DNA of 64,000 nucleotides from Eledone cirrhosa (taxonomy: Eukaryota), in NCBI GenBank assembly GCA_964016885.1, contig OZ024755.1, positions 41,602,001 through 41,666,000 on the forward strand. The letters run 5' to 3'. The notes beneath the pieces are model-generated. The model was given only the letters and a program-made list of their open reading frames with translations, did not search any database and was not told the origin of the DNA. The position numbers and the translations under genes were made by a program. This document shows positions 25,245-38,939 of the stretch, one piece after another. How positions within the stretch are numbered: the first letter of the stretch is position 1; each line of letters begins with the position of its first letter.

Positions 25245-25940
25245 TATTACTGTTCTAGTGACCACTTGTAGAACGAGTGCTGTCGTCTGTGGTTACAATT
25301 AATGACCGTTTCAGCCCGACTATCAATGCGTTCATGGGGTGAGTTTGCTGTTGCCGTTGGCTTTATTACAGATATAGTTTTGCGACATGGTGTTATTTCT
25401 GTTGTTCCTATTATGGCTCCTTCTATTGCTGTTGTTATCGCTGCTATGGTTCCTATCCTGGTTACCAGTTCCACTATTAATGCTGCGGTTAGTCTCTATG
25501 GTGCTGATATTGTTGATATTATTGCTATTACTATGATTATTATCCTCATTTCTATAATTGCTATTATGGCTACCGGTATTGTTATGGCTATTAGGGTGGC
25601 CAGACATTCCAATGCTGGCATTACAAGATGGCTTGATTCTAGTGAGCTTCCTGTGGTTACTAAGCGCTATAAGATCGGCTAAGTTAGGTGTAGTAGAGTA
25701 GGATATTTTGACATTATTCTTGTTGAGGACCTTATGGTACCTATGGTTAGGTGGGAAGTTTTTCTCTAAGGCGTCGAAGAAGATTCTTGGTATGTTTGAG
25801 GCTAAACTCCTAGAGTAGGGGGGAAGGAACCATATGATATTACACCGGCGTTTCCGTGTTGCCGTTGGGCAGGTGTGGTCGTTTAAGCCATGGTGGGTGT
25901 TTCTACTGCGGCGGTTGGATTGCTGCCTGCTGCGCACGCT
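25245..25940 (-). mobile_element. Penelope-like (Neptune-type) ORF fragment, RT thumb/linker
   Basis: KRRCNIIWFLPPYSRSLASNI..FFDALEKNFPPNHRYHKVLNKNNVKISYS..PN motif. Confidence 0.8.
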
Positions 25941-26185
25941 GTACTTATTAGTCCTATGTGTTAACCTATCCCCTGAAGGGCCGACCTGAGTTACCCTCTA
26001 TTTGCTGGTAGGTGTTGGTAAAATACCGTCTCCATTGTTAAGCCTGTATGGGGGAAATTTTTCTAGAAAGTTATTTCTAGTTACATTGTCTGAATTAGTT
26101 TGGCACCGGTTTAGGGATCTACCTGGCCTATTACCATAGCTGTTATGATATTGTTCTAGGTCAGTTGAAATTTTGGTTCGACTCG

Positions 26186-26230
26186 CATATTTCTGAGGAG
26201 CTCGTGTGGGCGAAACATATGTAAGAGTTA
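26186..26230 (+). ncRNA. Hammerhead ribozyme motif
   Basis: CTGAGGA-gctc gtgt gggc-GAAA-catatGTA; stem I weak. Confidence 0.65.
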
Positions 26231-26970
26231 TATAAAGAACTTGTTTTAACGGCTTGTAACTCCTTCATTCATTCATTTGCTTATATATATATAATAATAA
26301 GGGTTGACGGACCCAGCATATTTATCAATGCCAGTACCGGTTGTATCTCAGCGCACTCAATGGGCAATGTAAGATACATTACCAGAGTATACACATAGTT
26401 ATTTGCCTCAACACAACACACGTAAAACGGGTGCCTATAAGGTTCCCGGACTCGAGTTTATGCCGCACTAATGCAGCAGTAAGGTGCACTGCACCATCTG
26501 TCTGCATATATTATGCAACAATGCACAATCGGCTTATGCGGCTTCATCAGCGGGTATCGCCTAATCAATAACCAATCGATCGACAGAATCCAAACAATAT
26601 ATATATATATATATATATATAACGAAGGAGTTGTGGTAAGGAACCAGATGGACCATAACGCACCACTATTTAGTCCAGAAATATCCGTCGAAACGGCTTG
26701 AGCTCTGCCGTCGGAGTCATACTTTTCCCTCTATATATATATATATATATATATAGTATTTACGTATCGAGAAAGAGAAAAAAGGGGGGATAGGTGATAC
26801 ATATAGTTATTTGCCAAGTAGCGTATGCCAAAGGTGCTCTATACTAGTGCCGGCAGTATTAAATATTCGAAGTGTTAATATTTAGTGGGCTAGAGAGTTA
26901 GCAGAGCGTAAGCACGTGGGAAAGTAAAAAATCGGAGAACAGACCGTTAAAACATGTTTATTTAAAATAT

Positions 26971-27010
26971 CACCTACGTACGTTTCGCCCAGTTGGGCTT
27001 CTCAAGGGCA
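26971..27010 (-). ncRNA. Hammerhead ribozyme, U3-A8 variant
   Basis: TTGAGAA-gccc aact gggc-GAAA-cgtacGTA. Confidence 0.65.
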
Positions 27011-27090
27011 TAAATAATCACAAGTGTTCCTTATATTGCTCGGAAAGAGTTTTTGGGGTTAAATCCACATCAAGGTTCATTGCTCGCAAA

Positions 27091-27192
<102 letters not shown>

Positions 27193-27539
27193 AGAGAGAA
27201 GGATTCTGTTGACGAAGTTGGTCGTGAAGTGAACGTTAGTTGTCCATTGGAGCAAAACAATGGTTAACAAAGAGAAGGGAATGACCTATCAATGACTGAC
27301 TGTTGTATCAGAACTGAAATCTAGGTGAAGGTGAATGTTGCCTATGTTTACTGTTAGGTCATTCACCAATGGAGATATGAAGGTTTAAGGTAATCACAGA
27401 CACGTGTATCATTATTGTAAATCTTTAGGGAGATTCTATGTAACTAAATATGTGATATGACAGGAGAATTAATATGACAGAGTTTCCACGATGACTAATT
27501 TCAACCCTTTTTTTAATAACTGCATTGTTTCTTTCCAAA

Positions 27540-27607
27540 TAAACCTCATTTGGTCATTCCAGGAGAGTTTCTTGGTCAGCCTATGAACCTTTCAGCCGAC
27601 CCTCGTA
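27540..27607. mobile_element. Right end of Tc1/mariner-type MITE
   Basis: gtcagcctatgaacctttcagccgaccctcgTA; matches 43170-43236. Confidence 0.65.
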
Positions 27608-27741
27608 TCTATCATGTACATGTTACACTATGGCATATATAATGGTTTCCAATAGTGTTTTCGTTTTCTTTGTGTTTCACCAATTTATAGTTTATAGTTA
27701 TATCAAGAATAACTTTTCTACTTAGAAAATATAAGATTATG

Positions 27742-27780
<39 letters not shown>

Positions 27781-27879
27781 TAGAAGTGGTATTTAATTTG
27801 TTATCTTGGTTGCCCTTGAAATATATATAATAAAATAAATATGGTTTTATAAATATAGTTTCCATTTATTATTTAATAT

Positions 27880-27960
<81 letters not shown>

Positions 27961-28130
27961 TAACAGATTAAAGTTTAAGCAAAGAATCGCTGCTTTCACC
28001 CTTAACGGGATCTTCGGAAATATTTTAATAAATATTTGCTCTACAGTTCTTATATATTTGATATATATTTATCCTTATCAAGCCCTCTTTGGATTTTAGT
28101 CTTCAAATTTATTATTATTACTATATATAT

Positions 28131-28218
<88 letters not shown>

Positions 28219-28834
28219 CTTGATCACCTTGACCGACCAGTCTGTCGGGCGTCCATTCGGCGCCGCTAGTCACAGCACGCCGTCCATTCCTCTCTGGATC
28301 GTGCTTTCCTCATCCATGTATTCCCAATCGTATTCTTAAAATCGTAACTCCACCCTCGTATATATACATATTTAACGAAGGGTATTATAAATAATTTTGT
28401 TGGATGGAATGGTTATATGTGGTTATTAGTTGATATGATAATAACAAAGTTGTTAGAGGAAATAACATGAATAATAGTATAAATGTAATAACGAGAATAT
28501 AAAGAATAAATGATTTGGTTTATATATGGTTTATTTCACGCGAATCAATTAAAATAAAGTACCAGTAATGCACTGGGTAATTGCTGGCCTTGTGCCAAAA
28601 GTAGAAACAATTATTATTGATGCTGTAATTTGAATTTGTAGATTTGCCGGTTATATATTTTTTGCAATAGTCTCTGATGTTCTGATTGAGCTAGCATCGT
28701 ATTTAAAATTGAGTGGCACTGCTTCTAGTGTTCAGCAATTTTTAGACAACTCAATCAGAGAAACAATTGTTAGACTGTAAATAAATTCCCTATTTTGTAC
28801 TGTTGATCATGTTATTCTTCACCTTTTCAAGTAT

Positions 28835-29320
28835 ATATAAATGTTGAAGAGATATTTTTGGTGAAATTTCAAAACATTAATTTATTTACAATACCGGTTT
28901 CAGCATTAAATGCATTTTCAATTGCGGATATGCAGAATATTGTTAAGTTGCATATTTGTACAAATAGTGATAATAATGTTAATAACAAAAAAAAGAGAAA
29001 AAATATATATAGAGAAGGGAAGAAAAGTTAATTTTCACATACGTAGTCCTTCAGAGAAGAAAGTCATTTTGTCAGTTCATCCTTCTCTGCTAATGTCTTT
29101 GTTGTGACTGGAGAGGGAAGAAGCAGGAGAGGAGAAGCTGAAGGAAGGGGATGGTTGTAGTGGCTGCAGACTGCTATGTGGGACCCGTTCCTTCTAAAAA
29201 TATCTATTTTGGTATTTATCTTAGAAGAAATCAACATTGACCTTGCATTTAATGCTGAAACCGGTATTGTAAATAAATTAATGTTTTGAAATTTCACCAA
29301 AAATATCTCTTCAACATTTT
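28835..29320. repeat. Inverted repeat (~75-bp arms) with hammerhead-like core, Penelope-type
   Basis: 28843-28915 is the reverse complement of ~29243-29316; TTGAAAA-tgc..gct-GAAA-ccgGTA on minus. Confidence 0.7.
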
Positions 29321-29896
29321 CAACATGTTCAACTAAAGAACACCAGACTACGATCTCTAACTGGATTGTCGTGGATTATGTGAAGGGCATATAATCGAAA
29401 AATACACTCCCCTGACCATGAAAATGCCGAAGTACATGAAATACTTGACATCCCTGCGCTGTGCATCTCCATTACTTATAACACTTTTAATGCTTGCACT
29501 ATCTTTAATGCTTATAATATTTCTCCACACACAGACTATATCAATCATATAAAGAATTTGCCACCAGATCTACCAACCTAACACTCTTATTTACCTACCT
29601 AAGTGCCTCTACCACACATATCTCTCTGCCACACTATATAAACAAGACGCACATGCATGCCACACATATAACATTTGCACTATATAACCGCTTATCTTCA
29701 TGTTGTATTTTAACCTATATTTTTGATTTTTGATTGTACCTATTAATATAAATGTAATCTCGAAGTGTGTACTGCCACTCTAAATTCTGTAATGAATGTT
29801 GACCCACAATGTTTGAATATGTATCAATGTTTGAATATGTATTGGTATGTCTCTCGGCTGAAAAGGAGGTCATATAACTGTCCATGCATTAATAAA

Positions 29897-29945
29897 TTGC
29901 TCCGAAGAATCCAAACCTCGGTTTGGAGGAAACAGCTGTAAGCAC
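29897..29945 (+). ncRNA. Hammerhead ribozyme, U4C variant
   Basis: tgct-CCGAAGA-tccaaacc/ggtttgga-GAAA-cagctGTA-agca. Confidence 0.65.
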
Positions 29946-30457
29946 AATAATGTTTTGAACAGTTCTTTGATTCTTATATTTCATATAACTGCTCTGTAAA
30001 TCATCTGATGTTTTTACATTGAGCTACTTAACTTACTGGTAATAAGGTAGTAATACAATACTGCCTACCACTATTTAGGGTGTGTGTAAAATACTTACAA
30101 CTGCTTAAGGTCTTGTATTTACATAACCATAAATAGTATAACTAATACTATATATATATATATATATATTGTTATACTTTAGGAGGGTCATGTTGTCAAT
30201 AAGAAATACACGCACCAGTTGCTTTCACTTCAATTTATTATAAATTTTATAAATTTCCGATTGGTTGGTTGGTTCCATAACCGGATAGTTGTTTATATAT
30301 TGTCAAAGTTTTTTCGTCACAGATTCTGTGACACACAAAAACAAGATGGCGTAGCACAAAACAAAGAAAATAATCCCCAGTCACCTCATTTACACAGACG
30401 AGGAAAGTATATATTCTCGCCTGTCTTCTAGTCCAGCAGTCGCAAGCGGTGGGAGGG

Positions 30458-30501
30458 ACCGTCCTGACGAAGGCCAGTTAAGCCTGAAATGCATAGACGG
30501 T
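30458..30501 (+). ncRNA. Minimal type I hammerhead ribozyme
   Basis: accgtc-CTGACGA-aggc cagttaa gcct-GAAA-tgc-ATA-gacggt; perfect stems I and II. Confidence 0.85.
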
Positions 30502-30647
30502 TGACTTCCTTGCTTCTGCTGGACATCCCCAGAGGGCGTTAGCCCCCCGGTGTTTGCATAGCTACGGCTTCCTAAAACCGCATTTCTTTGGAGATACGAA
30601 ATATTTATACATATTGTATAAAGCTATGCTTGAAGCGAAATCCTATT

Positions 30648-30690
<43 letters not shown>

Positions 30691-30889
30691 AATAAGGGCG
30701 CTGCGGAGTTGCAAATGGGTTACATATGAAAAAAGTTTGTCCTTCATCAGTGATCTTCCAACTATCATAGGTATTTCATCGCTTTAAAGACCATATACTT
30801 CCGGTTGGTGCGAGCAACGGCTAAAAAAAGTCGTTGGGACACGTAAATAAAGGGGACACGAGGGTAAACAAACAAAATGGTGAGGCACT

Positions 30890-31557
30890 CTGCACTTCCC
30901 GACAGAATTTGTTAGCTTACCCGCAACCAGAGCTTCGATTATACTGTACTACTTTCTTGTATTATTATCTCCTAGATTTAATGAATAATTGATTAATTTA
31001 ATTATACAATTCTATCGATTTGTTAATTGTTTATGTTTGTTTAATAACATCTAGTTGAGAGCATTCATTCGGTTTGTGTAAAGGATTGAAACCCTTTGTA
31101 CAAATTTTGAATTTGACCGCCAAAGCCGGGGTTACCTCCACGTGACTACTGGCAGTGCTTACTACTAGTCCTTGCAACCGGAGGAGGCAGAACGAAAACT
31201 TGTTGACGAAGTAAATTCCACTGTTCTATCTTCCAAAGCCCAATTAACTTGCAGGCCCCTGCAAATGGATTTTGTTGATTTCGGATTTACAGAAACCTAG
31301 TGGAGATGTTATATAATACTATGTAATATGTCCACGATGGTCCAGGTAACAGTCAAACTTTTCCCTGAGTCGGTCTTTTCGTTCTTCTGGTCCTAGCGGC
31401 TCGCTTTTCGGTCGCTGGCTTCAATTTGCATAGCTGTCTAAACGTAATGTTATAACTCTAAGGTAAAATTCCTTATTGAGTGCTTTTGGCTGCACTTCCC
31501 GACAGCATTCGTTAGCTTGCCCGCAACCAGAGCTTCGATTATGCTGTACTACCTTCT

Positions 31558-31562
<5 letters not shown>
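30890..31562 (+). mobile_element. ~670-bp non-coding element with ~70-bp direct terminal repeats; second copy 44331-45000
   Basis: gttagctt..gcaacca(g/a)agcttcgat..ctgtact at both ends of both copies; 3' end enters (AT)n. Confidence 0.75.
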
Positions 31563-31647
<85 letters not shown>

Positions 31648-31649
31648 AC

Positions 31650-31985
31650 ACCAGTGTTGCTGCTGGGAAACTCACTAACATGAGTAATATTTCCTACCTG
31701 GGAGACTTAGCTATAAGCAATCAAGCATTATGCATGACACTAACCGAAACGCACCTGACAAGCAGTATAGCAGATGCGGAAATACATATACCAAAATATA
31801 CTTTATTTCGTTCGGACAGGAAGGAGAGAACTCATGCTGGGGTTGCTCTGAATATCCGTGAAGATGTCATACCAATTGTACTGTTGACACATTCAAACTC
31901 AGTCTGTGACACACTGATAGTACATATGAAGCAACTAAAGACACTAATATGTGTCACATATCGGCCACCCTATGCTACACATTTT
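31650..31985 (+). mobile_element. LINE (CR1/L2/Jockey-like) AP-endonuclease fragment
   Basis: LTETHL..IPKYTLFRSDR...GVAL.I...VTYRPP. Confidence 0.8.
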
Positions 31986-32875
31986 ATCGCCAGCCCGTAT
32001 TGGTTGGCCACTGGTCCAAGAGGGAGTTCGTTGCTGCTGCCCTTAGGTTTCCCTCGTGGGCTCATCCGGGATCCTGGATAGCAAGGTGTCGAGATGTTTC
32101 TTGAAAACATCCACATCCACACCATGCAGATCTCTCAGATTCCTCGGCAGCTTAATAATAAACAAATTCGAGAAATTTTTAGAAAATCTTTATTTCAATA
32201 TTTTATGACACGAATGTTTGGAATTACAATGTATTACATGGATATAAAGTTATGAAAGTTGATTTATGATTTCATTATTTTAAAAATAGGTTTATCAGAA
32301 TTATAATTACATCTGAACAGAACGTTTATTGTTTTCAATAATGTCTGCTCGTTCACGGACCTCTGTGATCCACCAGATAGGTACTTAGCGCCGATGTCTG
32401 TGGCTACCTATTATATCTCTATTAGTATTGACATCATCCGTTCAATACTAATGTTTCTGCAGTTCTGTCTTAACACACGCAAGCACACATAAGTAAAACA
32501 CTTACACACACACATCACACGAGTGGGCGCACGCATTGTTTCAGTTACTTCGTCAACAGAACAATGTGCTTCCGAAATAAATTTGTAAGCGGCTAATCAT
32601 TCTATAGATGCGTAGAGCGTTCACGTAATTATGGGAGAAGATTCAACGTGATACAATGTGTGACAATAGTGGCCCATTGAATTACTGGTACAGTTCATCC
32701 AACGGTTTTCTAAACTTTATTTGTCGACGATATTTTGTTTCAAGCCTTTTAGGTTACGGTAAGTAACGTTAAATGCGGAGCTATGGAGTGATCTAACTGC
32801 CAGGAACTCCTTCACCATTGGGCAATGATGTGTCCACACACACACACAGATATATATAAGTCTATGTCTCTCTCT

Positions 32876-32934
<59 letters not shown>

Positions 32935-33006
32935 GATATACATACATACATACATACATACATACATACATACATACATACATGCATACATACATACATA
33001 CATACA

Positions 33007-33038
<32 letters not shown>

Positions 33039-33079
33039 AACATGCGATTATTACATTGCTACGACGGGCTACTCAGCTA

Positions 33080-33172
<93 letters not shown>

Positions 33173-33461
33173 GTAATTGATACTGAAACTGTGAGGATGC
33201 CACCAGCAAGGACTTTCCCGCCAATGATGTGATTTGGAAATAACTGTTTAGTCCGGGAGATATGGTATGTACTTTACCGTATCCCACCTCGACCCGTCTT
33301 CACCACGAATTACGTATAAAGTGTAAAATCTGAGATATTGCTTAGTACTTTCCCACGTTCAAGTCTTATGAGAAACTTAGATAAATTATCTAAACAATGG
33401 GGTATATAAAACCCCTTAGCTGAAAATATAATAAAAAGGAGCTTTCGCTTTTAATCTCACG

Positions 33462-33512
<51 letters not shown>

Positions 33513-33645
33513 AATATACATACATGCATAAATACATATAGACATACATACATACTTAAAGAATTTACATTTTGTCTGCTTAGCATAATTGAAACTTGAA
33601 CAAAAATATATATGTGTGTGTATGTGTGTGTGTATGTATGTATGA

Positions 33646-33723
<78 letters not shown>

Positions 33724-33957
33724 ATGTATATGTGTATATATATGTGTGTGTGTATATGTGTATATGTATGTATGTATGTATATATATATATGTATATATA
33801 TATGTATTTATGTGTGTAGGTATGTGTATGTGTGTGTGTAAATATATATATACACGAATATACGGGTGTGTGTGGGGGTGGGGTGGGGAGTAGCAACAAG
33901 GGTGGTGCCCCAGCATGGCTTCAGCCGGATGACTGGAACAGGTGAAAAAATAAAGGA

Positions 33958-33991
<34 letters not shown>

Positions 33992-34179
33992 GTGTGTTTA
34001 TGTGTATATATATATGTATATATATATATACAGATAAACACGCACACACATATATGTATTACAATCTTTGCAACAAATGGAAAAGACTGAGTTTCCTACT
34101 ATTTTTAAACATTGCCAAAATGGAACAGTTTGATATAAACCATTACTGTACATTGGATTTGTGTGTAGAAGAGTGGAAA

Positions 34180-35270
34180 CCTATGGCTTTGAGAGTTCAA
34201 ATTAATACCATAGTTTGAACAACCTATGGCTTTGAGAGCTCAAAATAATACCATAGTTTGAACAACCTATGGGTTCGAGAGCTCAAATTAATACCATAGT
34301 TTGAACAACCTATGGGTTTGAAAGCTCAAATTAATACCATAGTTTGAACAACCTATGGTTTTGAGAGCTCAAATTAATACCATAGTTTGAACAACCTATG
34401 GGTTTGAAAGCTCAAATTAATACCATAGTTTGAACAACCTATGGGTTTGAAAGCTCAAATTAATACCATAGTTTGAACAACCTATGGGTTTGAAAGCTCA
34501 AATTAATACCATAGTTTGAACAACTATGGGTTTGAAAGCTCAAATTAATACCATAGTTTGAACAACCTATGGCTTTGAGAGCTCAAATTAATACCATAGT
34601 TTGAACAACCTATGGGTTTGAAAGCTCAAATTAATACCATAGTTTGAACAACCTATGGCTTTGAGAGCTCAAATTAATACCATAGTTTGAACAACCTATG
34701 GCTTTGAGAGCTCAAATTAATACCATAGTTTGAACAACCTATCGGTTCGAGAGCTCAAATTAATACCATAGTTTGAACAACCTATCGGTTCGAGAGCTCA
34801 AATTAATACCATAGTTTGAACAACCTATCGGTTCGAGAGCTCAAATTAATACCATAGTTTGAACAACCTATCGGTTTGAGAGCTCAAATTAATACCATAG
34901 TTTGAACAACCTATCGGTTCGAGAGCTCAAATTAATACCATAGTTTGAACAACCTATCGGTTTGAGAGCTCAAATTAATACCATAGTTTGAACAACCTAT
35001 CCGTTCGACAGCTCAAATTAATACCATAGTTTGAACAACCTATGGGTTTGAGAGCTCAAATTAATACAATAGTTTGAACAACCTATGGGTTTGAGACCTC
35101 AAATTAATACCATAGTTTGAACAACCTATGGGTTTGAGAGCTCAAATTAATACCATAGTTTGAACAACCTATGGGTTTGAGAGCTCAAATTAATACCATA
35201 GTTTGAACAACTATGGGTTTGAGACCTCAAATTAATACCATAGTTTGAACAACCTATGGGTTTGAGAGCA
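34180..35270. repeat. 43-bp tandem array (~25 copies)
   Basis: Unit cctatgggtttgagagctcaaattaataccatagtttgaacaa. Confidence 0.93.
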
Positions 35271-35354
35271 TAAATTGATGAGGTTTCGCTTTTGGATGGA
35301 AGTAGAAAACTAGTTGAATGTCAGAACAAATTATTGGCTTGATTATGTGATATG

Positions 35355-35484
<130 letters not shown>

Positions 35485-35625
35485 TTTGTTTGTTTGTTTG
35501 TTTGTTTGTTTGTGTGTGTGTGTATGAGTTTGCGTGTTTAGGTGTGTGTAGTTAATTGACGAGCACATTTGTCAATGGATTGTTTCCTAATTGTTGAAAG
35601 AGAATCTTGAGATCATACTGTTCGA

Positions 35626-35728
35626 TTATTTCCATCCATGAGACTTTGGACCAAATCTGAAACACAACTTCTTCGGATAGGAACCATCACATGGTATTTC
35701 CATAAAATATCCTTCTTTTCTAGAATAT
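35626..35728 (-). CDS. ETS-family transcription factor (EHF/ELF3/ELF5-like), last coding exon
   Basis: Acceptor ttttctgtag; (R)YSRKEGYFMEIPCDGSYPKKLCFRFGPKSHGWK*, resembling the ESE-subfamily FG..AHGW ending; phase 2 matches upstream exon. Confidence 0.88.
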
Positions 35729-35816
35729 CTACAGAAAAAAAAGAACGAAAGAATGTGTCCTTTATTAAGAAATTCAAATTTGTCGCGAGAGAAAAAATAT
35801 ATTTTAGGTAATAACA

Positions 35817-36150
35817 ATTGTTTCTACTTTTGGCACAAGGCCAGCAATTACCCCAGTGTATTACTGGTACTTTATTTTATCGACCTCGTAATGATGAAAG
35901 GCAAAGTTAACCTCGGCGGGATTTGAACTCAGAACGTAGGTAATAGTAATGTTCTTTAATTTAAGTACAAGTCCAGTATTTTGGTGGGAGAAGAAAGTCT
36001 GTTAAATCAACCCCAGACCTTTATAGACAGCGGATTGATGAAAGACAAAGTTGACATCGGCGGGATTTGAACTCAGAGACCAGAGAACCGCCACGAGTAC
36101 CGCAAAGCATTCTATCCGACGTACTAACGACTCTGCCAATTCACCACCTA
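35817..36150 (-). mobile_element. Two SINE copies in last intron
   Basis: Reverse complement of B-box (ggatttgaactc) and core, twice. Confidence 0.8.
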
Positions 36151-36865
36151 AGTACTGAAGATACAGAAGGACAAAAATTCAACTAAACTGGGATTTGAAC
36201 TCAGATCAGCACAAATATTGTAGTCAAGTATTCAAAGAAGAAAAATAATAATAGATAGAATAAAATAAAATAAAGGAAAGAAATCTATCATGGGATTGGA
36301 CTGAGGAAACAATATTTCCATTGGTCTTTCTATTGCTGATATCATTTGTGGGCCGTGAGTTTCAATGTTTTTCTCTGGTGATAGGATGTGGAACTTGAAC
36401 TTGGAATAGTTCTGAACAGATACAGGAACAGATACCAAAAACTATCCAATCTGAAGCTCTAACAGTTCCACTGGATTGATACTGTATCGACCCGAAAGGA
36501 TAAATTAGAAAAACAAAACACAAAAAGGTATCAATAGGATTTGAGTTCAGAGCGCAGACAGCCAGAACTAAAACCGAGGTGTTTAATCCAAGATGTTGCC
36601 ATTTCGTCACGTATAAGCGAAATAGGTAGAAGAAAGATCTGTCGGTTCCAACGACAAGGTACCAATTCTTTGATCAACAGGACAGCCTGCTTCCGAAATT
36701 AATGTGTAAGTGACTGAGTATTCCACAGATGTGGTGTGTAAGAAATTTGCCCTTTTTTACACCTCATTTTTACCATCTGAGGAAGCTGAAGCAACGGGAA
36801 AAAGACAAGTATAGTAGGATTTGAAATCAGAAAATATTTCTTAGTAAAATAAGAGAATTTCTTAC

Positions 36866-37061
36866 CGAAGAGAGCGGCTCATCTTTTCATAATTCATTGC
36901 TAATTTATTTTTCTTCTTTTGACCCCAAAGCTTGGCAACTTCCGCAGATTTCAACACCCGGAAGATACCTTTTTCCCGATCCTCCCATCGAATAATATCT
37001 CTATAACATTGCGATTTCAAAAGGTCTCGAATGAATTCCCACAGATGATAAACTTTGGAAA
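36866..37061 (-). CDS. ETS transcription factor, ETS-domain exon
   Basis: [14 protein letters not shown]...[39 protein letters not shown]; tag acceptor and GTAAG donor. Confidence 0.93.
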
Positions 37062-37244
37062 CTATATAAAAGAAAGACAAAGAGAAAAATGAAATATTTC
37101 TTTTGATGTGTGATTTTATCTGATTGATATTTCTTCATATATCTATCTCAGAGGATATTTTAGAAACAGAATTCAAATGACGTCAGTGAAGTTATTAAAA
37201 CCTGTAAACGAATATTATCGCTAATATAGAACGAATTTTGATCT

Positions 37245-37445
37245 AGACACAAGGCAATAATTTGAGGGGATGGGAAAGTCGATTAAACTGTACCCAGTGC
37301 GTTACTGGTACTTTATTTTATCGACCCCGGCAAGAATGAAAGGCAATGCTAACCGCGGTAGGATTTCAACGGAGAACGTAAAGGGCTGTAACTCTATGCC
37401 ACAAAGGCATGTTATCCGACACTAGCGATTCTTCTAATCCACCGC
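37245..37445 (-). mobile_element. SINE copy
   Basis: Core ttactggtactttattttatcgacccc in reverse. Confidence 0.75.
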
Positions 37446-38334
37446 TCTACTTATCTGTAATATAGTATTCGATAATATAATGGTTCGATGCATTCAACGT
37501 TTGATGCCACTACCCATATATGGAGGTGAGCTCTCCCTCTCACACATGGATATCTCGACCAATGATTCTGTTTGTTTATGTCCCGCATCTTAGAGGTTCT
37601 ACGGGAGGGATATTATCACCCAAACCACATTTAGCCCCAGTAGGGCCGCAATCTAATGACTGAAACTAGTAAAACAATAAAATAATATTGTTTGCGTGCG
37701 TATGCGTGTCCGTGTGTATGTGTGTGCGTGTATGTGTGTGTGTGTGTACATATATGATAATCTAAATACATATTATCATACATTAAACAAATGTACAATG
37801 TGATTTCAAAATCAGTTAATCCAATATTTCTTCTTCTTCTTCTTCTTCTTCTTCTTCTTCTTCTTCTTCTTCTTCTTCTTCTTCTTCTTCTTCTTCTTCT
37901 TCACCCACGTATTCCTGGGGGAAAGTCAAGAGGGCGGAGACCCCAGATACGCCTTGCTTTTATTGAATCTGACTACACTGCAATTATTGGTAGACTTATT
38001 TACACCAGTCACCATTGTAGTAATTTTCTCAGACCTGCCTCTAAAAAAGCCTAGACTTTTTAGAGGCGGCCATTACTCGCATCTTCGTAACGACATCGCT
38101 GGGTTGTGAGAGTTTTCCTGAGAACTAACAGTATCACCCATTAATCCATCTCTTTTTGTAGTTTACCATTGTTTGGGCCGAGGCTCATTACTTGTGCGGT
38201 CGTAGCTCACTTATATCGCAACTAACCATTATATCTGGTGGTTGTATCGTATCCGCCACCAGTGACCCGTTCTCTAACAGAACAACTTCACCTTCACTTT
38301 AAAATTAATTCAAAGTTACAGTTTAGTTACTTAC

Positions 38335-38448
38335 TTTGTCCCTTTTTCCTGCCAGGTTTTCTGCGGTAGTTTTTCGGTGGATCAAGACTATACTCACTAT
38401 TCTGTAAAAGTTCAGAACTATAATTCGTGCCATGAGAAATAGATTCTG
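38335..38448 (-). CDS. ETS transcription factor exon with basic AT-hook/NLS-like motif
   Basis: ttttttccag acceptor; ESISHGTNYSSELLQNSEYSLDPPKNYRRKPGRKKGQ; GTAAGT donor; phase 1-1 joins in frame to the ETS exon. Confidence 0.85.
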
Positions 38449-38939
38449 CTGGAAAAAAGAAACAAACAAAAAATAATTAAAATTAAGAAAGTACAGAAGC
38501 AGAAAAAATAAAATAAATTATATTATAAAAAAAAATTAATAATTTTGAAAATCCTTTTTTTTTTCACCGTGCAGAAGATTTTATCAGAAACTTGGAAATG
38601 GGTGTTGGACTTAAATTAATATTTAATTAATTTAAATTGAAAAGCGGCGAAACAATATCTCCCTCAAACCAAACCCTAACATATGGAAAAAAAAAACGAG
38701 AAATGACACATTCGATAATATTGTCCAAGATATACCCAGTCTAAAAATAATACATGACTGGCGTGGCTGGAGCGCTTCTGATTATTAGAAAATATGAAGT
38801 TAAAGTGGAAACTGATGTTAAGTTTTTCTTATTCTACTCTACACTGGTTTTCACACCTGCGTTGTACCGGCTTCCCCAAACAATTCTAACAAAACAATTG
38901 TCCACGAAGCTCGTAAGTCACATGTAGTCTCTCAAAGCC

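Noticed and set aside
31115-31200. HDV-like ribozyme in the direct-repeat element
   Set aside because: Could not build the nested double pseudoknot consistently in both copies
32717-34218. Many YI/CV/HT-repeat ORFs here and throughout the window
   Set aside because: Stop-free frames of (AT)n, (GT)n and (ATGT)n microsatellites
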